A stretch of 64,000 bases of DNA from positions 6,800 to 70,799 of the forward strand of contig JACPDA010000004.1 in the NCBI GenBank assembly GCA_016184225.1. Direction: 5' to 3'. This stretch comes from Candidatus Daviesbacteria bacterium (lineage in GTDB: Bacteria; Patescibacteriota; Microgenomatia; Daviesbacterales; UBA10151). This document shows, piece after piece, positions 45,976 through 54,811 of this stretch. A program made the position numbers and the translations under genes. Positions within the stretch are counted from its first letter, which is position 1; the number at the start of each line of letters is the position of its first letter. The notes below the pieces were generated by a model. It worked only from the letters and a program-made list of their open reading frames with translations, made no database searches and was not told the DNA's origin.

Positions 45976-47100
45976 CTATTTTACCACTTCAGCTTGCCGG
46001 GTAAAATATTGCTCTCTGACTGATGAAGGAAAAGCTTCCTCGTACGCTTCATCAAAAACCGCGACAAAATTTAAAGGAATCACCGAACTTTTTCTGGTTC
46101 TATGAATTAAATTTATAAATGCCTCTTTAACAGTCACATGATCATCGTTTGCTTGACTGTAACTAGTAAGTTCTGTCAAACTGTCCAGATCCACAATCCG
46201 GCCGTCCAGGGTAATGTTATGGGAGTTGAGGTAACGATGATACCAACCATTTTTATGCATCAAGCCAACACTCTGCCCTAAAACCTTACCAAACCATTTC
46301 AGATAATCCTCTTCCGAAAGAGTCTCCAAGGCTAACTCCTGGCCGACAATTCGTCTGGCATCATCAAGAGGAACCTGAAGAGGAATCCGGCGCTGTTTGA
46401 GATAAGAACCTGTGATATCCGTAATCCTGGCTCTGGTGGCAAAAGCCCGAACTTCCACGGCCGGCTTAAAATCACCATCTATAATCCCCGCTCTTCTGGC
46501 TTCCTTTAAAGATAACTTTTCCCCTTGAGCGATTATTTCTTCAAGGCCGATGACTGCCATCACCCGGCAGGTTCTGATGCCGGCATTTAAGAACTCTTCT
46601 GTTAATTGATAATCTGCCAGTGCGATATCCACATCGAGCAAACCGAGCCTGGTTTTATCATCATCTCCTACCAGACCAGGCTGCCAAACCTTAAGCGCTT
46701 TCCTACCAGGAGGAGTATTAATAAATCCCATCCCCTTAAGGTCAATATCCCGGTATAACCGGCCCTGTCGGTCTTTAAAAATTACCCTGCCCAAAATAGC
46801 CGAGCGGCCATGCTTTGGCCAGGCCTCCAGAATTCTGCTGCCTTTGGGAAGTTCGGGAAGAACCCATTGTGGGGGATTCCGAAGAGCAGTGTCGGCAAAT
46901 AAACCTAAGGGGCAAGGTTGGCCTTTTTCCAATTTGAATGGCATTTCAATTTCCGAATTGACTGTCAAAACTGTATTTTTAACCTGGGAAAAAAGTATCA
47001 GATGTTCCTGCCATCTTTTGCGGGTTAACTCATGCAGTGTTTTGGCCTCACCAGTGGGGAAATTGGGTTTTACTTCCATCGCAGACTCGCCATCAGACAT
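45976..47100 (-). CDS. protein-kinase-like fold protein with an atypical catalytic loop (HRYLNSHN...DLD)
   Basis: The catalytic-loop-like and DFG-like segments resemble APH/Kdo-kinase/ePK families, but the catalytic Asp is replaced by Tyr. Confidence 0.4.
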   Translation of the reverse strand: MSDGESAMEVKPNFPTGEAKTLHELTRKRWQEHLILFSQVKNTVLTVNSEIEMPFKLEKGQPCPLGLFADTALRNPPQWVLPELPKGSRILEAWPKHGRSAILGRVIFKDRQGRLYRDIDLKGMGFINTPPGRKALKVWQPGLVGDDDKTRLGLLDVDIALADYQLTEEFLNAGIRTCRVMAVIGLEEIIAQGEKLSLKEARRAGIIDGDFKPAVEVRAFATRARITDITGSYLKQRRIPLQVPLDDARRIVGQELALETLSEEDYLKWFGKVLGQSVGLMHKNGWYHRYLNSHNITLDGRIVDLDSLTELTSYSQANDDHVTVKEAFINLIHRTRKSSVIPLNFVAVFDEAYEEAFPSSVREQYFTRQAEVVK

Positions 47101-47159
47101 ACTTTAAATTCTACCATAGCTAGCCCGAAGTTTTCTTCTTCCCGACTATTTTCTCAAGC

Positions 47160-47546
47160 TCATCCGGTTCTAAATTCCTTAGCCAACTTTAAGTCAAAAG
47201 TTCTAAACGATTTTACATTCTGCTCCCTTGCAAAAGTAAGATTATAACAATCTTCTAAGCTTAAGTTCGCTTCGGCAAATAAATGGACGCTACTAACTAA
47301 CAATTGATGTTTATCAAATTCAATATTCAATTTTAGCAATTTGTCCAAAATTTCTACCAATGTTTGTTTATCTTTTCCATAAGTTGAGCGCAACACCCAA
47401 AAGACTTCGAAAAACACCACTGTTGAGCTTATAAGTTCTTCCTCTCCTTTTCCAGCCAGCAGGAAAAGATTTTTTGCTTCTTGGTATTGACTCCCAATAT
47501 CCTTTAGGAGAAATCGCAAAAAATAGTTGGTGTCAACGAAAATCAT
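47160..47546 (-). CDS. vapC: PIN-domain toxin VapC
   Basis: MIFVDTNYFLRFL start and conserved acidic residues of the PIN fold. Confidence 0.8.
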   Translation of the reverse strand: MIFVDTNYFLRFLLKDIGSQYQEAKNLFLLAGKGEEELISSTVVFFEVFWVLRSTYGKDKQTLVEILDKLLKLNIEFDKHQLLVSSVHLFAEANLSLEDCYNLTFAREQNVKSFRTFDLKLAKEFRTG

Positions 47547-47803
47547 TTCAGTCGGTATTTTTCTTTAAAATATTCATCTTTGGCTTGCTCCACAATCCGG
47601 TCAATGCTTGCGCCTTTCCACCTTTTTGGCATAGGCACAGACCCTGCCAACTCCTCCACTAATCTCTCGGCGGGAGTGAGTACTAATCTGCCATTTTCTT
47701 CGGAAACAATGACCTTTTGGCCTATTCTTAAACCCGCTTTGCGAAAAAGCTCAGCTGGCAAAGTAAGTTGTTTCTTGCTGGTAATAGTGGCTAACTGATT
47801 CAT
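47543..47803 (-). CDS. vapB: AbrB/MazE-type antitoxin VapB
   Basis: SpoVT/AbrB-like looped-hinge-helix N-terminus. It overlaps the vapC start. Confidence 0.7.
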   Translation of the reverse strand: MNQLATITSKKQLTLPAELFRKAGLRIGQKVIVSEENGRLVLTPAERLVEELAGSVPMPKRWKGASIDRIVEQAKDEYFKEKYRLK

Positions 47804-47856
47804 ACAAGGATATTATACCATATGCAAGGAAGATTTGCAAAAACAAGGAAGAGTTT

Positions 47857-49701
47857 CTAATTTTTCTTCTTCCCCACAATTTTTTCAAACTCATCTGATT
47901 CCAGAGTTTCTTTTTCGAGAAGCTCTTTAGCCACAGCATCCAGCTTGACTTTATGCTTTCTTAATAAATCCTGGGCGTTTTTATAGCAGGAATCCATTAT
48001 TTTCTTCATTTCCGCATCCACCGCATCGTGCATCTTGGGTGAAAGTTCAGATCCTTCATCCATCCCCCGCCAAATTCCAAACATCGACCTGGGATTAACA
48101 CTGATCGGTCCCAAGCTTGACATACCATATTGAGTCACCATGGCCCTGGCAATACTCATGGCCACCTCAATATCAGATGCTGCCCCAGTGGAAATATCTT
48201 TGAAAATTAAATCCTCTGATGCCTGGCCGCCTAAAGCTGCTGTGATTTGGTCAACTAAACGCGACCTGCTCTCGTTTGACCGGTCTTCTGTAGGTGGAAA
48301 CAAGGTGTGGCCGCCGGACATACCTCTGGAAACAATGGAAATACGATGTACCGGATCAACATTTTTTAAGAAATGCCCGACTATTGCATGGCCTGCCTCA
48401 TGATATGCGGCCAATTTACGATCTTGTTCAGACTGCATCCTTTTCCTTTGCGGCCCTAACTTCTCTTTAGTGGCTGCCTCTTCCAGATCTTTACTATCTA
48501 TAGCCTTCTTCCCTTCGCGAGCGGCGAGGATAGCCGCTTCGTTTAACATATTGGCCAAATCCGCTCCGGAGAATCCAACAGTCCGCCGGGCCAGTTTTTC
48601 TGTTGAAACATCTTTGGTGAAGGGCTTGCCTTTCATATGCAATTCAATAATGGCTTTTCGCTCTGTCAAATCAGGCAGGCTTAAAACCACTCTTCTATCA
48701 AAACGGCCGGGCCTGATTAAGGCAGCATCCAATAAATCAGGTCTGTTGGTCGCTGCCAGAATTATTACCCGTTCATTAGGGGTAAAACCATCCATCTCCA
48801 CCAAAATTTGATTTAAGGTTTGTTCACGCTCGTCATGTCCGCCGGAAATACCCATGCCGCGCTGCCGACCGATTGATTCAATCTCGTCTACGAAAATAAT
48901 GGCCGGAGCAGCTTTCTTGGCTTGAGCAAACATATCCCTGACTCTGGCTGCACCCACTCCCACTAACATTTCCATAAATTCCGACCCAGCAATGGAAAAA
49001 AACGGCACTCCGGCTTCCCCGGCCACTGCTCTTGAAATTAAAGTTTTCCCTGTTCCGGCAGGCCCTACCAATAACACTCCTTTAGGAATTCTTGCCCCTA
49101 ATGCCTTAAATTTATCCGGGGTTTTAAGAAATTCCACTATTTCGGACAGCTCGCGCTTAGCTTCCTCTGCGCCTGCTACATCAGTAAATTTAATCTGCGG
49201 AGAATCTTTGGTAAAAAGCCGGGCTCGGGATTGAGCAAAAGAGAAAATTCCCTGGCCTGCCTCCCGGGCATTGCGGAAAAGAAAGATCATAAGACCGACC
49301 AAAATTAAAATAGGTAAAACTGCAGATAATATTCCTATCCAAGCTTGCTGCAATGACAAATCCTTAACTTCAATAGTCACGGATTTGGGGTCAACCCCGG
49401 AAGATTCCAGAATCTTATAGATAGACTCACCGGCTTCTTTATGAGAGGTGAGTTTCTGATCAGAATCTTTTACCTCGGCGGTTATTTTATCTCCTTCAAG
49501 GGAGATTTTTTCAATTTTTCCGTCTTTGGTATCAGTGATAATTTGCGAGATCGGCACCTCACTGCCAGAAGTAGTAGGCCCGCCGGAGACTTGATAGAAG
49601 AAAATCAACGCAGCCAAAGCAATTAAAATATAGATGACCAAACCCCTGACAACAGCCCAAACTTTCTTATTTACATTAATCTTCCTTTTACCATTTGCCA
49701 T
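47857..49701 (-). CDS. ftsH: ATP-dependent zinc metalloprotease FtsH
   Basis: Walker A GPAGTGKT, second region of homology, and the HEAGHA zinc motif. Confidence 0.93.
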   Translation of the reverse strand: MANGKRKINVNKKVWAVVRGLVIYILIALAALIFFYQVSGGPTTSGSEVPISQIITDTKDGKIEKISLEGDKITAEVKDSDQKLTSHKEAGESIYKILESSGVDPKSVTIEVKDLSLQQAWIGILSAVLPILILVGLMIFLFRNAREAGQGIFSFAQSRARLFTKDSPQIKFTDVAGAEEAKRELSEIVEFLKTPDKFKALGARIPKGVLLVGPAGTGKTLISRAVAGEAGVPFFSIAGSEFMEMLVGVGAARVRDMFAQAKKAAPAIIFVDEIESIGRQRGMGISGGHDEREQTLNQILVEMDGFTPNERVIILAATNRPDLLDAALIRPGRFDRRVVLSLPDLTERKAIIELHMKGKPFTKDVSTEKLARRTVGFSGADLANMLNEAAILAAREGKKAIDSKDLEEAATKEKLGPQRKRMQSEQDRKLAAYHEAGHAIVGHFLKNVDPVHRISIVSRGMSGGHTLFPPTEDRSNESRSRLVDQITAALGGQASEDLIFKDISTGAASDIEVAMSIARAMVTQYGMSSLGPISVNPRSMFGIWRGMDEGSELSPKMHDAVDAEMKKIMDSCYKNAQDLLRKHKVKLDAVAKELLEKETLESDEFEKIVGKKKN

Positions 49702-49741
49702 ACCGGCAATTCTAGCACACTTAGCCTGAAATTGCTAGGTT

Positions 49742-50734
49742 TTAAAAGTAATCCAATTTCATTGCCTTTTTCACTTCTGCCAATGTCTTCTGGGCTTCAA
49801 TTCTTACTTTCTCTGTCCCCTCTTTTAAGATCCGCTCCACCAAACCTGGCTCTTTTTCTAACTTATCTCGCCTTTGGCGGATCGGATCCAGGAAATTATT
49901 CAAAACCTGGGCCAGGTACTTTTTCACCTCAATATCTCCCACTTGGCCTTTTGTATATTCTTCTTTTAGACTTTGCACTTTACCCTTATCGCTTTGCACT
50001 GAAAATGCATCTAGGTAAGTAAATACCGGATTTCCTTCTACTGTTCCAGGATCTGTAGAATGAATCCTTTTAGGGTCTGTATACATACTCATTACTTTTT
50101 TCTCTACTTCTCCGGGAGAATCTGTCAAAAAGATGGCGTTCCCTAAAGATTTGCCCATTTTAGCCTGGCCATCTGTACCTGGCAAAGTCGGCACCTCTCC
50201 TATCAAAGGCTCAGGAATAGGAAAAACTTCGCCGTAAAGGTTATTAAACTTAAGGGCAATATCCCTGGCAAATTCCACATGAGATTTTTGATCCTTCCCT
50301 ACCGGCACCAGATTTGCCCTAGGGGCCAAAATATCTGCTGCCATGAGGATTGGATAATAAAACAACCCCACTGTATCCTGTTCTCTGGCATCAAGTTTTT
50401 CTTTTAAAGCCGGCTGCCTGGCGATCAGCGGACGGGAAGTCAAAACACTTAAATAATAGGCAAGCTCGGTTATCTCCGGAACTTTGGATTGCAGGAAAAA
50501 AAAGACCTTTTTAGGATCCAACCCCACAGATAAATAACCCAACATTAACCCTTTGATATTTTTTTCCAACTCGGCAGTTTTATCAAAATGGGTGGTTAAA
50601 GCATGTAGATCTGCGATGAAAACATGTGTCTCATACTCATCCTGCAACTTCACTCTATTTTTAAGCGAGCCAATATAATTTCCCAAATGGAAACTGTCAT
50701 AAGTCGGCCTATCCCCTGTTAATATTCTTTTCAT
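49742..50734 (-). CDS. trpS: tryptophanyl-tRNA synthetase
   Basis: HIGH-like FHLGNYIG and KMGKS (KMGKSLGN) motifs. It contains an in-frame heptamer repeat block. Confidence 0.9.
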   Translation of the reverse strand: MKRILTGDRPTYDSFHLGNYIGSLKNRVKLQDEYETHVFIADLHALTTHFDKTAELEKNIKGLMLGYLSVGLDPKKVFFFLQSKVPEITELAYYLSVLTSRPLIARQPALKEKLDAREQDTVGLFYYPILMAADILAPRANLVPVGKDQKSHVEFARDIALKFNNLYGEVFPIPEPLIGEVPTLPGTDGQAKMGKSLGNAIFLTDSPGEVEKKVMSMYTDPKRIHSTDPGTVEGNPVFTYLDAFSVQSDKGKVQSLKEEYTKGQVGDIEVKKYLAQVLNNFLDPIRQRRDKLEKEPGLVERILKEGTEKVRIEAQKTLAEVKKAMKLDYF

Positions 50735-50756
50735 AATTTATTATTATACCCCATCA

Positions 50757-51479
50757 ACCTTCCCATGATAATGTCTTTCCAGCAAAGCTCTGGCTAGAAT
50801 CTCCAGGCAGTCAAATACCGGAATGTCAAATCTCTTGGGAAAGATCAGAGGCAATTCTGTGCAACCCAAAATAATACCCTGAGCGCCTTTTTTCTTCAAA
50901 GACTGAGCCATCTCAACCAGCTTAAGTTTATCTTGTTTTCCAGTCTCCCCAGAGATTACCCTCCTAATTATTTCCTCTAAAATCTGCTGATTCTTTATTG
51001 ACGGTTTAATAATAAACCCACCTTTCTGGCCAAACTGACCTTTCCGGCCTGAAAGCCTTTTGGAATAGGCCTGACTTAAAAGTGGTGGGCGAAGCTAAGA
51101 GTCCCACTTTATTAATTCTTTTGCTTCTTAATTGCTTAATTATTTCATCAATCATGGAAACAAATGTTGCTTTGGAGACTGATTTGAACTCATCAAGCAA
51201 AATATGGGCAGTATTGCAAGCTAGGGCAAACAAGGAAACACTCATATCTTCCATCTTTTTGATCCGCTCACAGAGCCTCTTTGCAACTATTTTGCTATTT
51301 TTCTTATTGGAAATAAAATCAGGGTGAGGGGTTGAAACAAGTATAATTTCCGGAAAATCCTGGCAATCTTTGGCACCAAATTCCTTGACAGATAAAACCA
51401 CCAAAAGTTTGACCAGATGCACTGAAGCTTGTGGTCCCATTCCGCCTAATATCCCGATAATTGGTTTTTGTTTTTTCAT
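50757..51479 (-). pseudogene. Asp/Glu racemase gene interrupted by a frameshift near 51010-51060
   Basis: The N-terminal 157-aa ORF (51006..51479) has an Asp/Glu racemase N-terminus. A different frame downstream encodes ...GIILGCTELPLIF..., the conserved C-terminal active-site region. An 18-bp tandem duplication (ggccggaaaggtcagttt / ggccagaaaggtgggttt) lies at the junction. Confidence 0.55.
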
Positions 51480-51516
51480 ATTTTTTATAACCCTGAGCGT
51501 AGTCGAAGGGCTCCAC

Positions 51517-51540
51517 TAAAAAACCGCCTTGATGGCGGTT
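51517..51540 (-). terminator. likely rho-independent terminator (hairpin ccgccttgatggcgg plus a U-tract on the minus strand)
   Basis: GC-rich hairpin followed by six T residues in minus sense, downstream of gene 51640..52398. Confidence 0.55.
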
Positions 51541-51639
51541 TATCCTAAAAAAGACACTAAAACGCCAACAAGGTTAGTTGTTTGCGTTATACCAATTAGA
51601 AACTGTTTTAGTTAATATTTTCATACCTTGACTAGTCTA

Positions 51640-52398
51640 CTATAAGGTATCGCTTTTGTCAATAACGGGCAACTCATTTATAAGACCTTCTGCTAACCTC
51701 GCTACATCGACTACCTGTTTTTCTCCAACTTGGCTGACAAAATATACACAACCTGCAACTTTGTTCAATAAACGAATCGGAAAAGATTTGTGGGGATTAT
51801 TATTAAGTTGGACTATATATTTCCCTTCCTGTGAATCTAATACTCTAATATTTGTAATACAATTAACCACCCCTGGCCTTATTTTAAGTATGCCTAAATG
51901 TCTTCTAACTAACTCCGTCAAAGGATGAATTAATCCAGTTTCAGTTCGAGGTAATACAGGTGATTGCAGCTCCACATCAACTTTTTTTATTCCATTAGCT
52001 ATGGCAATGCCGGCCATATAACTTCCATAATCCAATACTAAACCTACACCCAGTTGGTCTGGTAAAATTCTGGGGTGAGCTTGGACAGGAACTATGCATC
52101 TGCCTCCTTGAAAATTCGCAGCAGCCCTCTGGACTGCCTCTTCATCTAGATCTAGGTTCTGTCTCGTAGTTAATAAATTACCAACTGGGACTCTTTGTAC
52201 TAGTGTTCCTTGAGGAATCTCCAACTGCCCTACTAATCCCAACTGTCGAAATTGTCCATAGGGTATGACCAAGCCATCTGTATTTGCCTGAATCGATCTT
52301 CTGTTTCCTGATAAACTCGGTAAGTATTTTTCTACCATATTGTTACTCCCATAAAAAAACCGCTCCTTAGAGGGCGGTCTGAATAAGATTGCTCCCAT
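51640..52398 (-). CDS. hypothetical protein with a weak S49/ClpP-like peptidase signature (DYGSYMAGIAIA)
   Basis: I recognise no clear family; the start codon is uncertain. Confidence 0.4.
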   Translation of the reverse strand: MGAILFRPPSKERFFYGSNNMVEKYLPSLSGNRRSIQANTDGLVIPYGQFRQLGLVGQLEIPQGTLVQRVPVGNLLTTRQNLDLDEEAVQRAAANFQGGRCIVPVQAHPRILPDQLGVGLVLDYGSYMAGIAIANGIKKVDVELQSPVLPRTETGLIHPLTELVRRHLGILKIRPGVVNCITNIRVLDSQEGKYIVQLNNNPHKSFPIRLLNKVAGCVYFVSQVGEKQVVDVARLAEGLINELPVIDKSDTL

Positions 52399-52567
52399 TT
52401 CTTGGGATTATCTTCACTCAAACCACTCTCTTTTAAGAAAGTAGCATCTTTGCCAATTAATATTTTGCTTGAGTGTATACATATACTTTTAAAAAATAGA
52501 AATCCTCAAAAGGATGTTCTATCTACATAGAACCATATCTTAAATATTCTTGTCAATACCTATTCTA

Positions 52568-52993
52568 CTATAGGGTGAGAAGAAAAGCAAATCTACTTGG
52601 TGTAACAATTTTAATTCTCTTATAGTGTTTAAGTTCCAGCAAATCTAGGTCCCCTGTAACAATATAATCACAATCACCCTCAATCGCTGCTTCCAGTACC
52701 CTGTTATCATCCTTATCTCTTGCAGCATCCAAGGCCATACGGGGCTTAACTATCACAAATGTTTTTTGTATTTCTTGTTCTAGAAGCAACATATCTGCTA
52801 AAGATAAGGGGAATTTTTTGGTGATAACATCTACTAATTCCGCCTGCAGAACCGGAGAAATAACAACTTGGATTTTCTTCTCTAAAGCTAGTCTCAGTAC
52901 TTTTTGGGGGATTCCCCCATATACTAATGCCGAAGTTAGTATATTAGTATCCAAAACAACTCTAACGGGATTTCCTACCGTGCCTATATTCAT
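52568..52993 (-). CDS. PIN-family toxin (TIGR00305-like)
   Basis: VVLDTNILTSAL start and conserved acidic residues. Confidence 0.75.
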   Translation of the reverse strand: MNIGTVGNPVRVVLDTNILTSALVYGGIPQKVLRLALEKKIQVVISPVLQAELVDVITKKFPLSLADMLLLEQEIQKTFVIVKPRMALDAARDKDDNRVLEAAIEGDCDYIVTGDLDLLELKHYKRIKIVTPSRFAFLLTL

Positions 52994-53213
52994 ACACTAT
53001 CCGATTAACATCCTCTTCGCTTTTTATACCCGCCTTTTTTCCCGCCTTTTTACCCGCTGCAAAGATTTTTTCCCAATTTTCCATGTCTTGTAAATATATT
53101 CTTAGCGATTCACGGATAAGTTCGCTACGGTTGCGGTACTCTTTTTTGGCCTGCTTATCTACTTTTTTGACTAATTCTTTTGGTAAAGCAATGTTAAATG
53201 TCTGTGTTTGCAT
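52962..53213 (-). CDS. CopG/RHH antitoxin
   Basis: N-terminal ribbon-helix-helix pattern (FNIALPKELVKKVDKQAKKEYRNRSELIRESL). It overlaps the toxin start. Confidence 0.7.
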   Translation of the reverse strand: MQTQTFNIALPKELVKKVDKQAKKEYRNRSELIRESLRIYLQDMENWEKIFAAGKKAGKKAGIKSEEDVNRIVYEYRHGRKSR

Positions 53214-53295
53214 ATACAGTTATTGTATGCATCTTGTATCGAATTGTCAATACTTCAGCTTTGTTCAGTATTGACCCTGAGCGTAGTCGAACGGG

Positions 53296-54675
53296 TCAAG
53301 ACTCAAGTTTATCCCTAAACTGGTCATAACTGATTTGGGTAGCTTTATAATCCTGGATCTCAAAAGATTCTTCTTTGAAAGTGATCTTTTTATTTTCTTT
53401 TAAGTCTTTCCTTAAAACTACTCCTGGACCAATAAGTGAGTTGCTCCCTACTCTGACACCGGGCATAGTGGAAGCATTCACCCCTATCCGCACCCCTTTT
53501 CCGGCAATCAAACCTAGCTTGTTTCTGCCTGTTTCAAGATGTTCCTCCCCCACAGTAACATCTTTATTGTCTAATCGCAGATTGGCCAACACAGCTCCCG
53601 AACCCATACCAAAATCCCCTTCTAATACAGAATCCCCGATATAATTGGTGTGGAACCAGGAATCTGGGCCAATATAGCTTCTGGTAATATCGGAATTAAA
53701 ACCGGTCACACAGCCGTCCTCCAGGTTTGATTCACGGACCATGGAATTGTTTCCCACGATGCAGTTTTTTCCGATGTAACAAGGGCCTTTAATCACCGCT
53801 CCTTCAAACACCTTTGCCCCATCTTCAATAACCACCTTGCCTTCAATAGTGGCCTTTTCCGACACTTTTGCCCCCGGGGAAATTTTCTGTTCAATTTTTG
53901 AGTCTTCGAGAAAATAGTCCACGTCTATCTTGGATAAAAAGTAAGCTGTAACATCCAAAATATGCCAGGGGTATTTTAAAGGAATCCAGGTTCCTTCGTA
54001 TTTTGAAAACCTAACATCCAATCCGTCTTTTATCATTTGATCTAAAGCCACTTCATAAACATCATCCCTTCGACTTCGCTCAGGGTCAGAGACTTTTTCT
54101 AGGTACTCAACTAGCTTTTTACCATCTTTAAAATAATCCACTACCAGTTTGACCAGATCAGAAGGCTCCCTACCTTCTCCTGGTTTCTCTACTATCCCCT
54201 GTACCCTGTCACCTGTAACCTTTAGATATCCTCCAGGAAAGTACTTATCCATTTTCAGTCCTGCCAGAACTACATCTGCCTGAATTCCCAAAACTCCCTG
54301 GAAAACTTTAGGGTTCAAGACATCTTCAGCATTAACTATTAACACTTCTCCCTCTATCAAATCTTTGGCAGAAAGCAGAGCATCTGCCATTCCTTTGGGC
54401 TCATTTTGAACTGCTATTTGAAAATTCAAACCCAAATCCTGGGCAACTTTTGCAACTGCTTCTTTGCTTTGGGGATTTGTTACGATGATAAAGCTACCCA
54501 GTTCACCTGGAAGGTGGGCTTTGTTCCGTAGGATGTTTTCTCCTTCCAGGTGGAGCTTGATTTTCTGCAAGTTATGATACAACAGGGGTTTGCCTAAAAA
54601 GGGAATCAGGCATTTATCAGTTTGGATCGGCCACATCCTTTTGCCCTCTCCCCCAGCCAAAACAATAATCTTCAT
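53296..54675 (-). CDS. sugar-phosphate nucleotidyltransferase with a C-terminal left-handed beta-helix (GlmU/GCD1-like)
   Basis: MKIIVLAGGEGKRM NTP-transferase motif and multiple hexapeptide repeats. It contains an in-frame GTTACAG block and an ERSRRDD repeat. Confidence 0.8.
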   Translation of the reverse strand: MKIIVLAGGEGKRMWPIQTDKCLIPFLGKPLLYHNLQKIKLHLEGENILRNKAHLPGELGSFIIVTNPQSKEAVAKVAQDLGLNFQIAVQNEPKGMADALLSAKDLIEGEVLIVNAEDVLNPKVFQGVLGIQADVVLAGLKMDKYFPGGYLKVTGDRVQGIVEKPGEGREPSDLVKLVVDYFKDGKKLVEYLEKVSDPERSRRDDVYEVALDQMIKDGLDVRFSKYEGTWIPLKYPWHILDVTAYFLSKIDVDYFLEDSKIEQKISPGAKVSEKATIEGKVVIEDGAKVFEGAVIKGPCYIGKNCIVGNNSMVRESNLEDGCVTGFNSDITRSYIGPDSWFHTNYIGDSVLEGDFGMGSGAVLANLRLDNKDVTVGEEHLETGRNKLGLIAGKGVRIGVNASTMPGVRVGSNSLIGPGVVLRKDLKENKKITFKEESFEIQDYKATQISYDQFRDKLES

Positions 54676-54703
54676 AATATTTATTCTACTCCTAACTGAT
54701 TAG

Positions 54704-54776
54704 TAGCAGGGATGAGAGTTGAACTCATGATCTCTTCGTTATGAGTGAAGCGCTTTAACCACTAAGCTACCCTGCC
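54704..54776 (-). tRNA. tRNA-Met (anticodon CAU); the CCA end is not encoded
   Basis: Manual fold: 7-bp acceptor stem with a G1-U72 wobble; D stem GCTT/AAGC; anticodon loop CTCATAA; T arm ATGAG-TTCAACT-CTCAT; discriminator A. Confidence 0.8.
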
Positions 54777-54811
54777 ATCAGTCCCTAAATTGTACCAAAG
54801 AACCGAAGTTT

